IMG/VR virus record: IMGVR_UViG_3300037054_000148
Coordinates: 124,001-188,000 of that record
Direction: 5' to 3' (one strand)
Length of the DNA stretch: 64,000 bases
Both the position numbers and the translations under genes were made by a program. The notes under the pieces were generated by a model. It worked only from the letters and a program-made list of their open reading frames with translations, had not been told where the DNA came from and made no database searches. Shown here one piece after another: positions 8,994-18,640 of this stretch (within the stretch, counting starts at the first letter, position 1; every line of letters begins with the position of its first letter).

Positions 8994-9899
8994 ATGAAGC
9001 TCTCGGCTGGCCTAGTTCTCTCAGGTTTGAGAACACAAGAACAAGGACGGATAAAATCATCCGCCCTTTCCCGTTCTGTGTTTTCAAGTCTGGTGAGAAT
9101 TATGAGTTTCAACGAGGATTTCAACATCTATGTTCATGAGGCCCTAAAGGCCCATAATCTCCCTATTGACCCAAAAATGGACTGGGCCAAGTGGCTCAAT
9201 GCAGTGTATCGAACCAAGGTCGCCCCTCATAACGAGGAAATGCGTGATGAGGCGATTCACGAAGTCCTGGTCCACCACTTGTTCGAAGAAAAGTCGGATG
9301 TGTTGAGTAAATTTGACCCAGCCCGACTCCCTGAGAAAGTTCAGCAACGCCCTCTTGAAGAACAGGTTTCTTCTTATCTGAAAACCTGCTTTATTTACAT
9401 GATGGGAGACGCAATTAAGTATCTCCGTAAAATGTATCCCGAACAGGAGACCGCGATGGGTCTGACTACAGAAGATCCTGACGCCCCGAGCATTCTTAAC
9501 AAAATTCAACATGGAGTGGTCGATCAGGAAGAGGAGGAGCTTGTACAGAATGTTGAAATGCGTAAACTCCGTCATGCTTTTGACGAATGGTGTACACGAA
9601 AGCTACGGCCAGCTACGGCCAAGCAGATAAGGCAGTTTTTCGATCTGATTATCATCTTTGATGGGGGTCAGGGAGAGATGCTAGATGAGTTTGCTTCTCG
9701 TTCTGGGGTTAGTCGTGCGAGAGCCAACCAGCTTCTGTACCATGAATTACCCCGCTACCTACGTCAATTCTCTAGTTCCCCGGAAGGAAAAGGTTTTAGT
9801 CTTGCTAAGCGTATTCGCACCAAGATTGAAAACGAAGGGCGTGAATCCAAACAGCCTGCGGTCGAACCAGAACCAGAACTTGCCCAATCAAACCCCTAA
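8994..9899 (+). CDS. Sigma70-family/ECF-like sigma factor (start may be 9102)
   Basis: Region 2-like RDEAIHEVLVHHLF..FDP..SYLKTCF..DAIKYLR and C-terminal HTH DEFASRSGVSRARANQLL resembling sigma region 4. Confidence 0.55.
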   Translation: MKLSAGLVLSGLRTQEQGRIKSSALSRSVFSSLVRIMSFNEDFNIYVHEALKAHNLPIDPKMDWAKWLNAVYRTKVAPHNEEMRDEAIHEVLVHHLFEEKSDVLSKFDPARLPEKVQQRPLEEQVSSYLKTCFIYMMGDAIKYLRKMYPEQETAMGLTTEDPDAPSILNKIQHGVVDQEEEELVQNVEMRKLRHAFDEWCTRKLRPATAKQIRQFFDLIIIFDGGQGEMLDEFASRSGVSRARANQLLYHELPRYLRQFSSSPEGKGFSLAKRIRTKIENEGRESKQPAVEPEPELAQSNP

Positions 9900-9916
9900 T
9901 CCTTTGGAGGAACCTC

Positions 9917-10399
9917 ATGCGTGAGAAAAGAGAACTAGAAACCCCGGTTGTTGCTGCTGAACAGCCCGTCAAATTTGCCCGATTCAAGCAGATTGCCAAT
10001 GAAGATCCTGCCGCTCTGTCGGATGCCCTGTGTGAATTGTCAGAGGCATTTTCCAGTATGGCAGAGGCTTCAGAAGCATTGATCGAGAACCTCGATCTAA
10101 CCCCAACCCCTAAAGAAGCCTCTATTCGTGAAAAAGTAGCAGCCCGAAAGAAGTTCGCTACTATGTTGAAGAAGTTGGCTGAAGAGGCCCCCGAGAAGGT
10201 GGAAGAAGCTCTAAACGAGATTTATAACGCCGTAGATGAAGTGGCTCTCGCAATTGAGAACCTTTCTGGTAATCTTGGCTTTAATCTTGGAGAGACCGCT
10301 GAAGAACCAGTTGAGGGACCAGTAGATGAGGTTGAATTGGCTGAAGAGCATCTTGGAGAGCCCCCAGTTGCCCCAGCCGAAGAAAAATGCATGATGTAA
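9917..10399 (+). CDS. Acidic helical hypothetical protein (possible head/scaffold component)
   Basis: GGAGG RBS; internally duplicated helix (KQIANEDPAAL / KKLAEEAPEKV). Confidence 0.65.
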   Translation: MREKRELETPVVAAEQPVKFARFKQIANEDPAALSDALCELSEAFSSMAEASEALIENLDLTPTPKEASIREKVAARKKFATMLKKLAEEAPEKVEEALNEIYNAVDEVALAIENLSGNLGFNLGETAEEPVEGPVDEVELAEEHLGEPPVAPAEEKCMM

Positions 10400-10412
10400 T
10401 GCATCACAAAAT

Positions 10413-10462
10413 TAAGCTAAACTGCGTGATAGGTAAAAATTACCCTCACGCAGTTTAGCTTA
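10413..10462. repeat. Perfect 17-bp inverted repeat (long hairpin)
   Basis: TAAGCTAAACTGCGTGA ... TCACGCAGTTTAGCTTA flanking an inner GGTAA/TTACC stem, upstream of a homing endonuclease. Confidence 0.85.
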
Positions 10463-10503
10463 TACAGTAATATACAGAAGAATCACATCTTAAGGAGCTT
10501 GAT

Positions 10504-11193
10504 TTGGGCGCACGAAGAATCTATAAGAAACAACCGTACGAAACTGGTATTTACCACATAAAAAACAGTGTGACTGGTAAATACTACATCGGTTCCTCAA
10601 TTGAATTATCGAAACGAATGGGGAGGCACCTGTGGGGACTGCGAAAAGGTATTCATCATTCACTCAAGCTCCAGAGGTCTTTCGATAAGCACGGTGAAGT
10701 TGCGTTCGAATTCAAGATCCTGCTGGTGTGCGAGGCCAAGGATGTCGAGATGTTCGAGACCAGAGCCATCCATGCCTATGACTCTTACCAGAATGGCTAC
10801 AACGTAGCCCCAGAGGCCAAGGGAGGGTTCATGCGGGGCCGCAAGTGGCCCGAGAGGACTAAGGAAGCTAGAGTCGAAGCTATGCGAGGGCGCACTCACA
10901 CAGAAGAGTCAAAAGCACGAATTCGAGAAGGACTAGCCAAACTGACTGAAGAAGAGAAGCAGGCCCATCGAGATTGTATTGGGGCCGCTAATCGTAAACC
11001 TAAAAGTGAGAAAGGCAAGAAAGCCATCATCCAGGGATTGAAGAAACGCTATGAGTCCGCTAAGGCGCATGAACAGACGGCAGAGGCCACAAGAAATTCT
11101 TGGGCTGCAAGGCGGGAAAAATACGGCCCGACTGGACGAAAACCGAAAAATAGTGCAGTTGTAAGTTGTTCTGAGGAGGTGATTTACGGCTGA
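10504..11193 (+). CDS. GIY-YIG homing endonuclease, free-standing
   Basis: GIYHIKNSVTGKYYIGSS..LSKRMGRH, E (EMFETRAI), GYNV; NUMOD3 MRGRTHTEESKARI. Confidence 0.93.
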   Translation: MGARRIYKKQPYETGIYHIKNSVTGKYYIGSSIELSKRMGRHLWGLRKGIHHSLKLQRSFDKHGEVAFEFKILLVCEAKDVEMFETRAIHAYDSYQNGYNVAPEAKGGFMRGRKWPERTKEARVEAMRGRTHTEESKARIREGLAKLTEEEKQAHRDCIGAANRKPKSEKGKKAIIQGLKKRYESAKAHEQTAEATRNSWAARREKYGPTGRKPKNSAVVSCSEEVIYG

Positions 11194-11233
11194 GAATTCG
11201 CCTTATTTCGAGTCAATTGTAGCATCTAGGGCT

Positions 11234-11935
11234 ATGCTCTTGGACCCCGATGACTACCAGGGAGACCACACCCTTTCCTTGGAAACTCAGGCAGATATGG
11301 TCTCTCAAAGTACCATATCCTACATCCAGGACAATTTTGGCAAATTTATGGAATATCTGAAGTTTTTGAGTTTCGAAGACCAAGAACTGCTCCTATCCTA
11401 CTATTTGCTTAGTAAAACCCAATGGTCTATAGCGCGACTTCACGGTTCCACACAGACAATTTGCAGTTTCAAATTGCGCCTAGCCATGAAACGTCTAGGC
11501 ACCTATATTCTCATGGGTATCCCTTCAAAGGAAAAGATAAACCAGACGTTAGGGACCATTGATATGGTGAATTTTCAACCGGAAGAGTCTGCCGCCCCCA
11601 TCCCTTATTCGGATATGATTGACCTCTATGCTAAGACCCGTTCTTTCAAGACTGTGGCGTTGGCTTTTGGGGTAAAGCGTCCCGATGTGAGAAGAGCCCT
11701 CTCCTCTCTCTCTAAAACCCTCCTAGCCACCAAGGAATCTCCTACGTTGGCCCTAGGAGCCTATGTATTCGGCTTAATTGACAAGGCATCCGCACAGGGA
11801 AGGGGCCTGAGCCAGCGAGAACGTGCCAAGATATGCCCCATTTACCGAAGAGACCCAGACATGCTGGGGAAATTCGAAATCAACGTAGCAGCCCCAGAAT
11901 TTGATCATTTCCTTCTGTCTCGTGCGAACAATTAA
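11234..11935 (+). CDS. Sigma70 region 4-like HTH protein
   Basis: LKFLSFEDQELLLSYYLLSKTQWSIARLHGSTQTICSFKLRLAMKRL fits the sigma4 consensus; a second HTH-like segment is RSFKTVALAFGVKRPDVRRAL. Confidence 0.65.
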   Translation: MLLDPDDYQGDHTLSLETQADMVSQSTISYIQDNFGKFMEYLKFLSFEDQELLLSYYLLSKTQWSIARLHGSTQTICSFKLRLAMKRLGTYILMGIPSKEKINQTLGTIDMVNFQPEESAAPIPYSDMIDLYAKTRSFKTVALAFGVKRPDVRRALSSLSKTLLATKESPTLALGAYVFGLIDKASAQGRGLSQRERAKICPIYRRDPDMLGKFEINVAAPEFDHFLLSRANN

Positions 11936-11968
11936 GACCATCGCTAAAAAAGACTATCTGACCCATTA

Positions 11969-12283
11969 ATGAAATGGAGTCGCACACCCATGCAAGCCGA
12001 TATTAACCAGCAAGTTTACTACCTATCTGGCAAGCCCCAGAAGCTGGCGTCTTCGAAACGAGCGTCAGATAAAGGGTTGAAGAAGGCTGCGTCGATGGGG
12101 CTCATCAGGGTCGCTGGAAACTTTTTCGAATGCCCAAGCAGTAAGGATTTATGGAAAGTGGACGGGGATAAAGTGAAACGTGTGTCTTCAGTAGAAGTGG
12201 ACTTCAACGAAAAACTTTCCGCAGCCGACCCTGAAGATCCCAATGGATATTTGAAAGATATCCTGGCCCAACTCGATTTCTAA
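11969..12283 (+). CDS. Hypothetical protein
   Basis: 104-aa ORF; contains KLAS and KKAAS motifs. Confidence 0.65.
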   Translation: MKWSRTPMQADINQQVYYLSGKPQKLASSKRASDKGLKKAASMGLIRVAGNFFECPSSKDLWKVDGDKVKRVSSVEVDFNEKLSAADPEDPNGYLKDILAQLDF

Positions 12284-12297
12284 AAAGGTAAACCCTA

Positions 12298-13620
12298 ATG
12301 GACGACAACAAGCAATTCTCTCTTATCGACTCTTTCCTTCAGGATGTAGAACCCGACTATGGGAATATTGGCCTAAAAAAGCCTCAGAAGATGGATGAGC
12401 AATTCACTGATGCCTCGTCCCAGGTGGATAACGCCTTCCTTGACCAAATTGGGGGGAGGTCCGAGCACACTGTTGTTCCTTCTGGCCGAACTGCTGCTGG
12501 GGGTCGTGAGACTAAACCCATCAGGGACGCGACTACCGGAGACTCTGCTCTTGCTGATGCGTTCAAAGCCCTTGGAGCCGTAGAGCAGCATAACGAGCTT
12601 GATGTGCTCACGGATGCAGAAATCAAAAATCGTGTCAATTACCTACTGAGTTTGGGACACAAACCCAGTCGTGTGGCGGGTATGATGGAGAAGATGGCCG
12701 AGTCGGCTCTGAAGGTCTATGACAAGAAGACCACAACTGAGTTTCTTAAAGATCAGGCTGGGCAGGCTGGACTGGCCTATTTGGAGCCTAATTTTTACAT
12801 GAATTCTTGTGTGGCATCTGCTAAGGAGATCCAGAAGAACGGTCATCTAAACGCTATGTCAGTTAAAAAGATTGCCGCTTGCCCCGGATGCAAGTATAAC
12901 AATTGCGGTAATTGCACCCTTTATAGCCGCCCCATTGTTGCTTCGGCCAAAGAGCTTGAGACTGTGGTCAAGGCAAATTTGAAGGCCAAGGATATAAAAA
13001 TTGCCGGAACTTTGAAATCCACATTAGTCAAGATGCACGAAGGTGGGGAAAAAGAGGCCCAGGCCCTCCCATATAGCCGGAATACTGAAAAGTATGTGGT
13101 CAGGACTGCTGGTGATAAGCAGTCTATGGTCCACAAAGAGGCCAGTGTTGAAGAGATTGGCACTATGGTCAGTTCAGGCATCCCCCTTAAGGATGTGTAT
13201 AAGACCGCTGCGGCTCAGTATGGTAAGACTTCTGCAATGGCTGCGATTAAACGCTACATTACGGGCCTTAAGAAGAGTGGTGCAAAAGTGGTGCTGGCTG
13301 CGGTTGACTGCACTCTGCTGAAAAACAAGCTAGCAACTGGAAATGCCATTGTTGGTGAGAGTAAGTGTGCCTCCTGCTCCTATCGAAACGGAATGCACTG
13401 CGGTTTGACTGGTGGGACGCTCCTGACATTCCCTGGGATGGATCGCGTATCTTCTAAACATATCGCTCACGAAGGCGTGAAAGACGGGCGTGAAGTTCTA
13501 TTTGAGTTTGACCTTCTTGACACCGGAGAAGATAGCCCCATCGAGTATAAGGAAGTGCCAGAGCAGGCAGATACTGATGTGGAACTGACTCGTTCGTCAG
13601 AAATCAACATCGAGGACTAA
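12298..13620 (+). CDS. Cys-rich protein with duplicated putative zinc-binding domain (probable head-associated)
   Basis: Two similar clusters, C..CPGCKYNNCGNCTL and C..CASCSYRNGMHCGL; RTA, KIA and KTA motifs. Confidence 0.6.
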   Translation: MDDNKQFSLIDSFLQDVEPDYGNIGLKKPQKMDEQFTDASSQVDNAFLDQIGGRSEHTVVPSGRTAAGGRETKPIRDATTGDSALADAFKALGAVEQHNELDVLTDAEIKNRVNYLLSLGHKPSRVAGMMEKMAESALKVYDKKTTTEFLKDQAGQAGLAYLEPNFYMNSCVASAKEIQKNGHLNAMSVKKIAACPGCKYNNCGNCTLYSRPIVASAKELETVVKANLKAKDIKIAGTLKSTLVKMHEGGEKEAQALPYSRNTEKYVVRTAGDKQSMVHKEASVEEIGTMVSSGIPLKDVYKTAAAQYGKTSAMAAIKRYITGLKKSGAKVVLAAVDCTLLKNKLATGNAIVGESKCASCSYRNGMHCGLTGGTLLTFPGMDRVSSKHIAHEGVKDGREVLFEFDLLDTGEDSPIEYKEVPEQADTDVELTRSSEINIED

Positions 13621-14118
13621 ATGGAAAAAGACGGATTAATCACTTTTACGGTTCAGTCCACAGAGGCGGCTGGGAAGCCCTCTGAGGGGGAACTGTCAAA
13701 GCGTATGGTTGAGATTCTGGGGAAAATTAATGACCCCAGCCAGCCCGTATCCGAAATTAATCGACTGATTGCCGGTGAGATTGCCGTGGTCACGGGGGAG
13801 ATGAGTATGCTCTCTCAGGCCAATATGTACAAGCAGAAGCTCTATACCGAACAGATCAGATCTCTCAGAGATCTCTCTAAGACCCTCAGTGAGTCTGAGC
13901 TTCTTTCTAAGAAGGATTTCTTGAACTTTGATGGTCCGAAGTTCCAGTTCGTTTTCCAGGAACTTGCCGGTGCGGTTAGAAAGTCAGCCAAAGACTCCGG
14001 ATTCAGCGAAGATCAAACCAACACTCTGCTCCGTAATTTCCGAGACACGGTAACTCAGATGGAACCAGAGCTTCGCAAACAAACCGAAAAAATTGATTCC
14101 AGTTTTCTTCAGAGGTAA
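13621..14118 (+). CDS. Helical hypothetical protein
   Basis: 165-aa ORF starting immediately after the preceding stop; no diagnostic motif. Confidence 0.65.
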   Translation: MEKDGLITFTVQSTEAAGKPSEGELSKRMVEILGKINDPSQPVSEINRLIAGEIAVVTGEMSMLSQANMYKQKLYTEQIRSLRDLSKTLSESELLSKKDFLNFDGPKFQFVFQELAGAVRKSAKDSGFSEDQTNTLLRNFRDTVTQMEPELRKQTEKIDSSFLQR

Positions 14119-14120
14119 TA

Positions 14121-16856
14121 ATGGCACGAGTAGAAAAATCATTCACAACGCTAGGCTTGGAGGGCATCCTTCAGGGTGTCGTCGCTTGCCTCATTGATGC
14201 CGAGAAGAAGGCTCAGTCCTCTCGTGAGATTCAGTCTATTGATGTCAGTCGCCGTGGTCTCAGACAAGACCTCTACGTTGGCAAATTGATGGTGATCCCA
14301 GCTTCTGTCATGGATGAAATGGATAAGATTCCTGATCCGCTCCTCAAGGGCGCGGTTATCCGTCTCTTCGATGGAGAGGATGCCTCCTACCTGGAGATGC
14401 ACCGACTCAGCACGAGCGAGTTTGACAATTTGACTCCGAAAGAGATTAATGAATACAAGGATAAGGTGTTCAAGGATGCGGACGGAAAGATGGGGTGCAT
14501 CGTTATCTTCCAGCCAGCCTGGGGTAACGTTCGTGATCTTCATGCATTCCGTTTCACTAAGGAAGTCCCCAAACTGACTCTGCTGGTTCGTCACCTTGTA
14601 TTCTCCGCCTACTACAACCCCAGTCTTTCCGCATTGTTTGATACGCTAGCCGAAGACGCAATCAAACTGGATGCGGTGAACATCACCCACGATCACCTTG
14701 GCCCAGCTTATGAGTTTCAGTCTAAAGAGAATGTTTACCCTAAACTGGACAAACTGGCAAAGATTGCCGCCATCATGAAGATGAGCCCCGATGAGTTCAC
14801 TACAGCCTATCTGGAAGCCGCAGTGTGGACCGGAACGGATGAAACGGGTGAACCGCTGGATCGAGAAGGAAAATTCTCTATTGAGGATTTCTCCACCGAA
14901 GCTCTTCGAAAAGCTGAAGAAGATTGCACAGCCTTCATGGAGATGGCCGGTCCAGAATTGGACGCCCTGAGTTCCGATCAAGCGGGGCATCTGTTTTGGT
15001 TGAATCGTAACGGCCACGGCACCGGTTTCTGGGATGAGGATAAGCTCTCCCCAGAAGCTCAACAGTCCCTGGACAAACTAGCCCATTCATTTGGGGAATG
15101 TGATATGTATGTCAGTGATGACGGGGAGTTGGAACTCTCTGGAGGCCAGATTCCCGCACCCACTCCACAGCCTGGAAGTGGGCATATCCTCCCCAAGGAA
15201 TCTAAGTGGATTCGCCTAAACGCCGCCGCTCTGCCACTGATTTTGGCTGACAAGATCACACCTGAAGAGTCTAGTGTTTTTGACGAATTGACTATACAAT
15301 TAAAAAAAAAGACCGCTGGTAGCAAGACTGCTGTTGAAGTAGGGCCTTACGAAGGCTACTGCCCAATTTGTGGGACTCCTGGATGCCAGGGAGAGTGCTC
15401 CTCAGCCGGAACGGGGAATAAGGAAAATTTTACTGATCGAACCGCCACTGGGGATGCCGGTTCGGTAAGAATTCCCACCTCTCCTAATACCGGAACCCGA
15501 GCACAAGAAGATTTTCAGGATCCCGGTTCCCAACCGACTGAAGAGGAGCCGGTGCATTTTGGGTCAGCCAGGATGGCAGCTTTTTTAGAGAAAGTAGCAA
15601 GTGGTGAGGTTCTTAATGGGTATACACAGATGCGAGAGACTTTCAAATCTGACTTTGCTTCTAAGAACGAACCCACTAAGGAAACAGATCACGCAGAGGA
15701 TTTGGTCGCAAACAAGAAGGCAGCCGATCAGGCTGTTAGCTCTGCGGCTAACCGGCTGATAGAGCAGCATGAGGGGGAGTACCTCTCTAAAGAAAACTTG
15801 ATGCGACTCATATCCCACATGACGAACAATGTCAAAGCAGTGTTCTCCTTCCTAACACAGCAAGGGCTTCTTCAACCATACGGCAAGGATAGTTTCAAAG
15901 TTATGACCCGCACTGAGCAGGAGGATACCCATGGAGACGGGGTGTTCTGCCCTAACTGCGCTGGCCCTGGTGTTTCAATGGGGAACCTTGGTGGCCGTGA
16001 ACACTTCCGTTGTAGGAATTGCGGAACTGATTTCAGTCAAAAAACAGCCGGTGACGTTAAAACTGCGTCTACTCATAAGCTGGCCCTAACCTACATGCAT
16101 CCAGGTGAAGCCTTGGAGCAATTTTACCCGGAAATCCTGAAGGACACCTCTGACTATCCCATCGGTTACCCAGAGCGCAACTCCACCCCACCACCCCTCT
16201 CCTTGGAATTGCAGAATGAGCCGGGTGGCGAGTCTCAAGTAACGGACAAGGACTATAGTGATAATGGAATGAAGCACTCTTTAGGGGAGCCTGGACTGCT
16301 CCAAACTGAACAGGACAACTCCTCCGTTCCTCTCAAACCGAATGAACGTTCGATACGTGGTCCTTTCTTTTCTGACCAATTCTACCGAATCCACACAGAT
16401 ATTGAGCCAGCTTTACTGACCATGAAATCCTCTTTGGAGAACAAGACTGCGGCTGCCCCTGCCAAGGCGACTATTATAGCTGAGTTTCTCCGTAAACTAG
16501 CTGGTGAGATCGCTTCCTCCTTACTGGCCGCTTTTGTGGTAACAGACCGCCCCCTCTTTACCAACAGCCCCTCTTATTCAGTGGTAAACTTGGCAAATGA
16601 GTCTACGATTTGCCCCATGAACCCCCTGCTTACCAGCGGAGGGATGAGCCCCTATGTGGCTCAATTCAAGTCTCTGCTTTCCTCCGTCAATAGCGGAGAA
16701 CTCACTGAAGCAATCAACAACGCTTGGGCTCAGGGTGGGGTATGGCATGATGGTCCGGATGGCCGTTTCCTATACGAAATTTTCGTGAGAATCGAAAAAG
16801 TTGATCTGGAGACGCTGGATATCACGTATAAGTATATTACGGGAACCAAGGAGTAA
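14121..16856 (+). CDS. Large multidomain putative virion (poly)protein
   Basis: 911 aa. Contains a domain with AGHLFWLNRNGHGTGFWD, two zinc-ribbon clusters (CPICGTPGC; CPNC..CRNCG) and many K-x-A motifs at apparent domain boundaries. Confidence 0.6.
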   Translation: MARVEKSFTTLGLEGILQGVVACLIDAEKKAQSSREIQSIDVSRRGLRQDLYVGKLMVIPASVMDEMDKIPDPLLKGAVIRLFDGEDASYLEMHRLSTSEFDNLTPKEINEYKDKVFKDADGKMGCIVIFQPAWGNVRDLHAFRFTKEVPKLTLLVRHLVFSAYYNPSLSALFDTLAEDAIKLDAVNITHDHLGPAYEFQSKENVYPKLDKLAKIAAIMKMSPDEFTTAYLEAAVWTGTDETGEPLDREGKFSIEDFSTEALRKAEEDCTAFMEMAGPELDALSSDQAGHLFWLNRNGHGTGFWDEDKLSPEAQQSLDKLAHSFGECDMYVSDDGELELSGGQIPAPTPQPGSGHILPKESKWIRLNAAALPLILADKITPEESSVFDELTIQLKKKTAGSKTAVEVGPYEGYCPICGTPGCQGECSSAGTGNKENFTDRTATGDAGSVRIPTSPNTGTRAQEDFQDPGSQPTEEEPVHFGSARMAAFLEKVASGEVLNGYTQMRETFKSDFASKNEPTKETDHAEDLVANKKAADQAVSSAANRLIEQHEGEYLSKENLMRLISHMTNNVKAVFSFLTQQGLLQPYGKDSFKVMTRTEQEDTHGDGVFCPNCAGPGVSMGNLGGREHFRCRNCGTDFSQKTAGDVKTASTHKLALTYMHPGEALEQFYPEILKDTSDYPIGYPERNSTPPPLSLELQNEPGGESQVTDKDYSDNGMKHSLGEPGLLQTEQDNSSVPLKPNERSIRGPFFSDQFYRIHTDIEPALLTMKSSLENKTAAAPAKATIIAEFLRKLAGEIASSLLAAFVVTDRPLFTNSPSYSVVNLANESTICPMNPLLTSGGMSPYVAQFKSLLSSVNSGELTEAINNAWAQGGVWHDGPDGRFLYEIFVRIEKVDLETLDITYKYITGTKE

Positions 16857-17339
16857 TTGATGTCTGATACGAATATTGTCATCGCTCAACTGAAGAGTAT
16901 GATGAGTGAGGTTCTGGAACTTCGGGATCAAAAACCTGAAGCACAATCCAAGGCCATTGAACTCTTGAAAAATGTAATCAATGCTCTCCATCTGGGGCGT
17001 AAAACAGGGGCAAAGAGGGCTGCCACAGCCCCCAGGAGCTTTGATACCCCAGCCACCGAGTATTTGTACGGTCTGAAACCTGACCTCGAATCTGGCGACC
17101 CCAACCATGATAACGGCTGGTGGGGGCTTTATCTGGGTATGCTCTCAGAGGGCAGTCCAGAAGGTTCCGGTGTTTCCAGTGGGGCCGACTCTGATATGCT
17201 TAAGCGTAATCATGGTGCTATCATCCACGAAGCAGAAGATGGCTCTGTTACCGGTCAATTCTTTCCTCTTGAAGAAGATGCGGTTGACCAATGGGAAGAG
17301 TCTATCAGTGGCGACGAACCCGAACTTTCTCACATTTAA
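16857..17339 (+). CDS. Hypothetical protein
   Basis: 160 aa; helical N-terminus ending in KRAA, followed by a small acidic domain (NGWWGL..AIIHEAEDGSV). Confidence 0.65.
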   Translation: MMSDTNIVIAQLKSMMSEVLELRDQKPEAQSKAIELLKNVINALHLGRKTGAKRAATAPRSFDTPATEYLYGLKPDLESGDPNHDNGWWGLYLGMLSEGSPEGSGVSSGADSDMLKRNHGAIIHEAEDGSVTGQFFPLEEDAVDQWEESISGDEPELSHI

Positions 17340-17351
17340 TAGAGGTAATAC

Positions 17352-18617
17352 ATGAAACTCTCACTCACTGCAAGACTTTTCCTGGCTGATGTCTCTGGGT
17401 CTACCAAGGCCACCATCGTACAGATGTACAAAGCCAAGCCCACTTTCCCCAAAGATGACGCTCAGATCGGAGCAGTTCTTGCAGCTTTGGACTCCACTCT
17501 CCCCCCAGGTCTTCCTCCCAATCGTCAGAAGGTTTATTTGAAATATTTGGCCAAGCAGCTTTGGGGCATCACCCCTCCAGGATTCGTTTTGAAGATGAGT
17601 CCGGAGGGGCAGATCGACTTCGAGGATAAGCCCCGTGTCAGTTCTACGCTGGCTAATTTTGAGCAGGCCGTTAAGGACCAGACTCTAACCGGAGAGGCTA
17701 CGAATGTGGAAGCCTATGCCACCCTATCAGATATGCAGGAAGCTGCTGCCACGGAGAAGGGACAGAAAGTCAAGGCTAAGTTCACCATTGATAACCTTCC
17801 TGAAGAGGCAGAGTCCTCTAAGGGCGGTCAGCCCGGTAATCCCCGGCAGGCCGTAGCTGAGGGCAGCAAGGTGATTGCCCAGGACGGACCCTGGAAGTGC
17901 TACAAGATTAATGCCGGTGATCCAAAAGGTAAAGAAGCTGGAAGTTGGCTGGGAATGAACGGCTGGTGGGGCGTGAGTTGGTGTGTGGGCCGCGATTACA
18001 GCGGTGATGCCTGGAAGAGCCGCCCTTACATGAACGAAGGGGATTTTTATTTCCTGGTTCGTGATGGCATTAGCCGCTATGCCATTGCTACGGATGGATC
18101 CAAGGCGGATGTTTATAACCCTGCGGATGACGTGATTTGGCAGACCGGTGGAGCGAGTGGTGGAAACTTCCCGTCCCTGAAGGCCACAGCCAAGCAATTA
18201 GGGGCTGAGTTCAACGCAAGCTCTGTTTCTAGTCTTCCCCAAGAAGCTCTGGGTATCCTTCGTGCTGCTACGGCTGCTGACCCCTATCTGGCTGGTCTGA
18301 TCCCCCCAGACCAATTGAATGAGACTGACACATCCTCTCTGGACAAGGTTATTGCTTCTTGCCCTGCTGAGGGGTTGGTGAAGGATCTGAACTCCAACTC
18401 AGGCTATCGTGGCAAGGGAGTGACGGCTGGCATCATCAATCGTTGCGTGGCCAAGAATAATAAATTTGGCGCAAAGGATTTTTCCACTGTTTGGGATCAG
18501 TTCGGGGAGCAGGCTATGATCATGTATATTGAAGCTCTTGCCTCCAATGGTTACAAAGAGCTACCCCCCACATTGGAGGCTTACTTTGTCAAGGAGGCGG
18601 AGAACTTCGAGTTCTAA
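17352..18617 (+). CDS. Hypothetical phage protein with a WC-motif domain
   Basis: GAGG RBS; GWWGVSWCVG..PYMNEGDFYFLV resembles the W-C-x..Y..lyf domain common in large phage proteins. Confidence 0.6.
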   Translation: MKLSLTARLFLADVSGSTKATIVQMYKAKPTFPKDDAQIGAVLAALDSTLPPGLPPNRQKVYLKYLAKQLWGITPPGFVLKMSPEGQIDFEDKPRVSSTLANFEQAVKDQTLTGEATNVEAYATLSDMQEAAATEKGQKVKAKFTIDNLPEEAESSKGGQPGNPRQAVAEGSKVIAQDGPWKCYKINAGDPKGKEAGSWLGMNGWWGVSWCVGRDYSGDAWKSRPYMNEGDFYFLVRDGISRYAIATDGSKADVYNPADDVIWQTGGASGGNFPSLKATAKQLGAEFNASSVSSLPQEALGILRAATAADPYLAGLIPPDQLNETDTSSLDKVIASCPAEGLVKDLNSNSGYRGKGVTAGIINRCVAKNNKFGAKDFSTVWDQFGEQAMIMYIEALASNGYKELPPTLEAYFVKEAENFEF

Positions 18618-18640
18618 GCTGACTGAGAAAGTAAGGTAAT

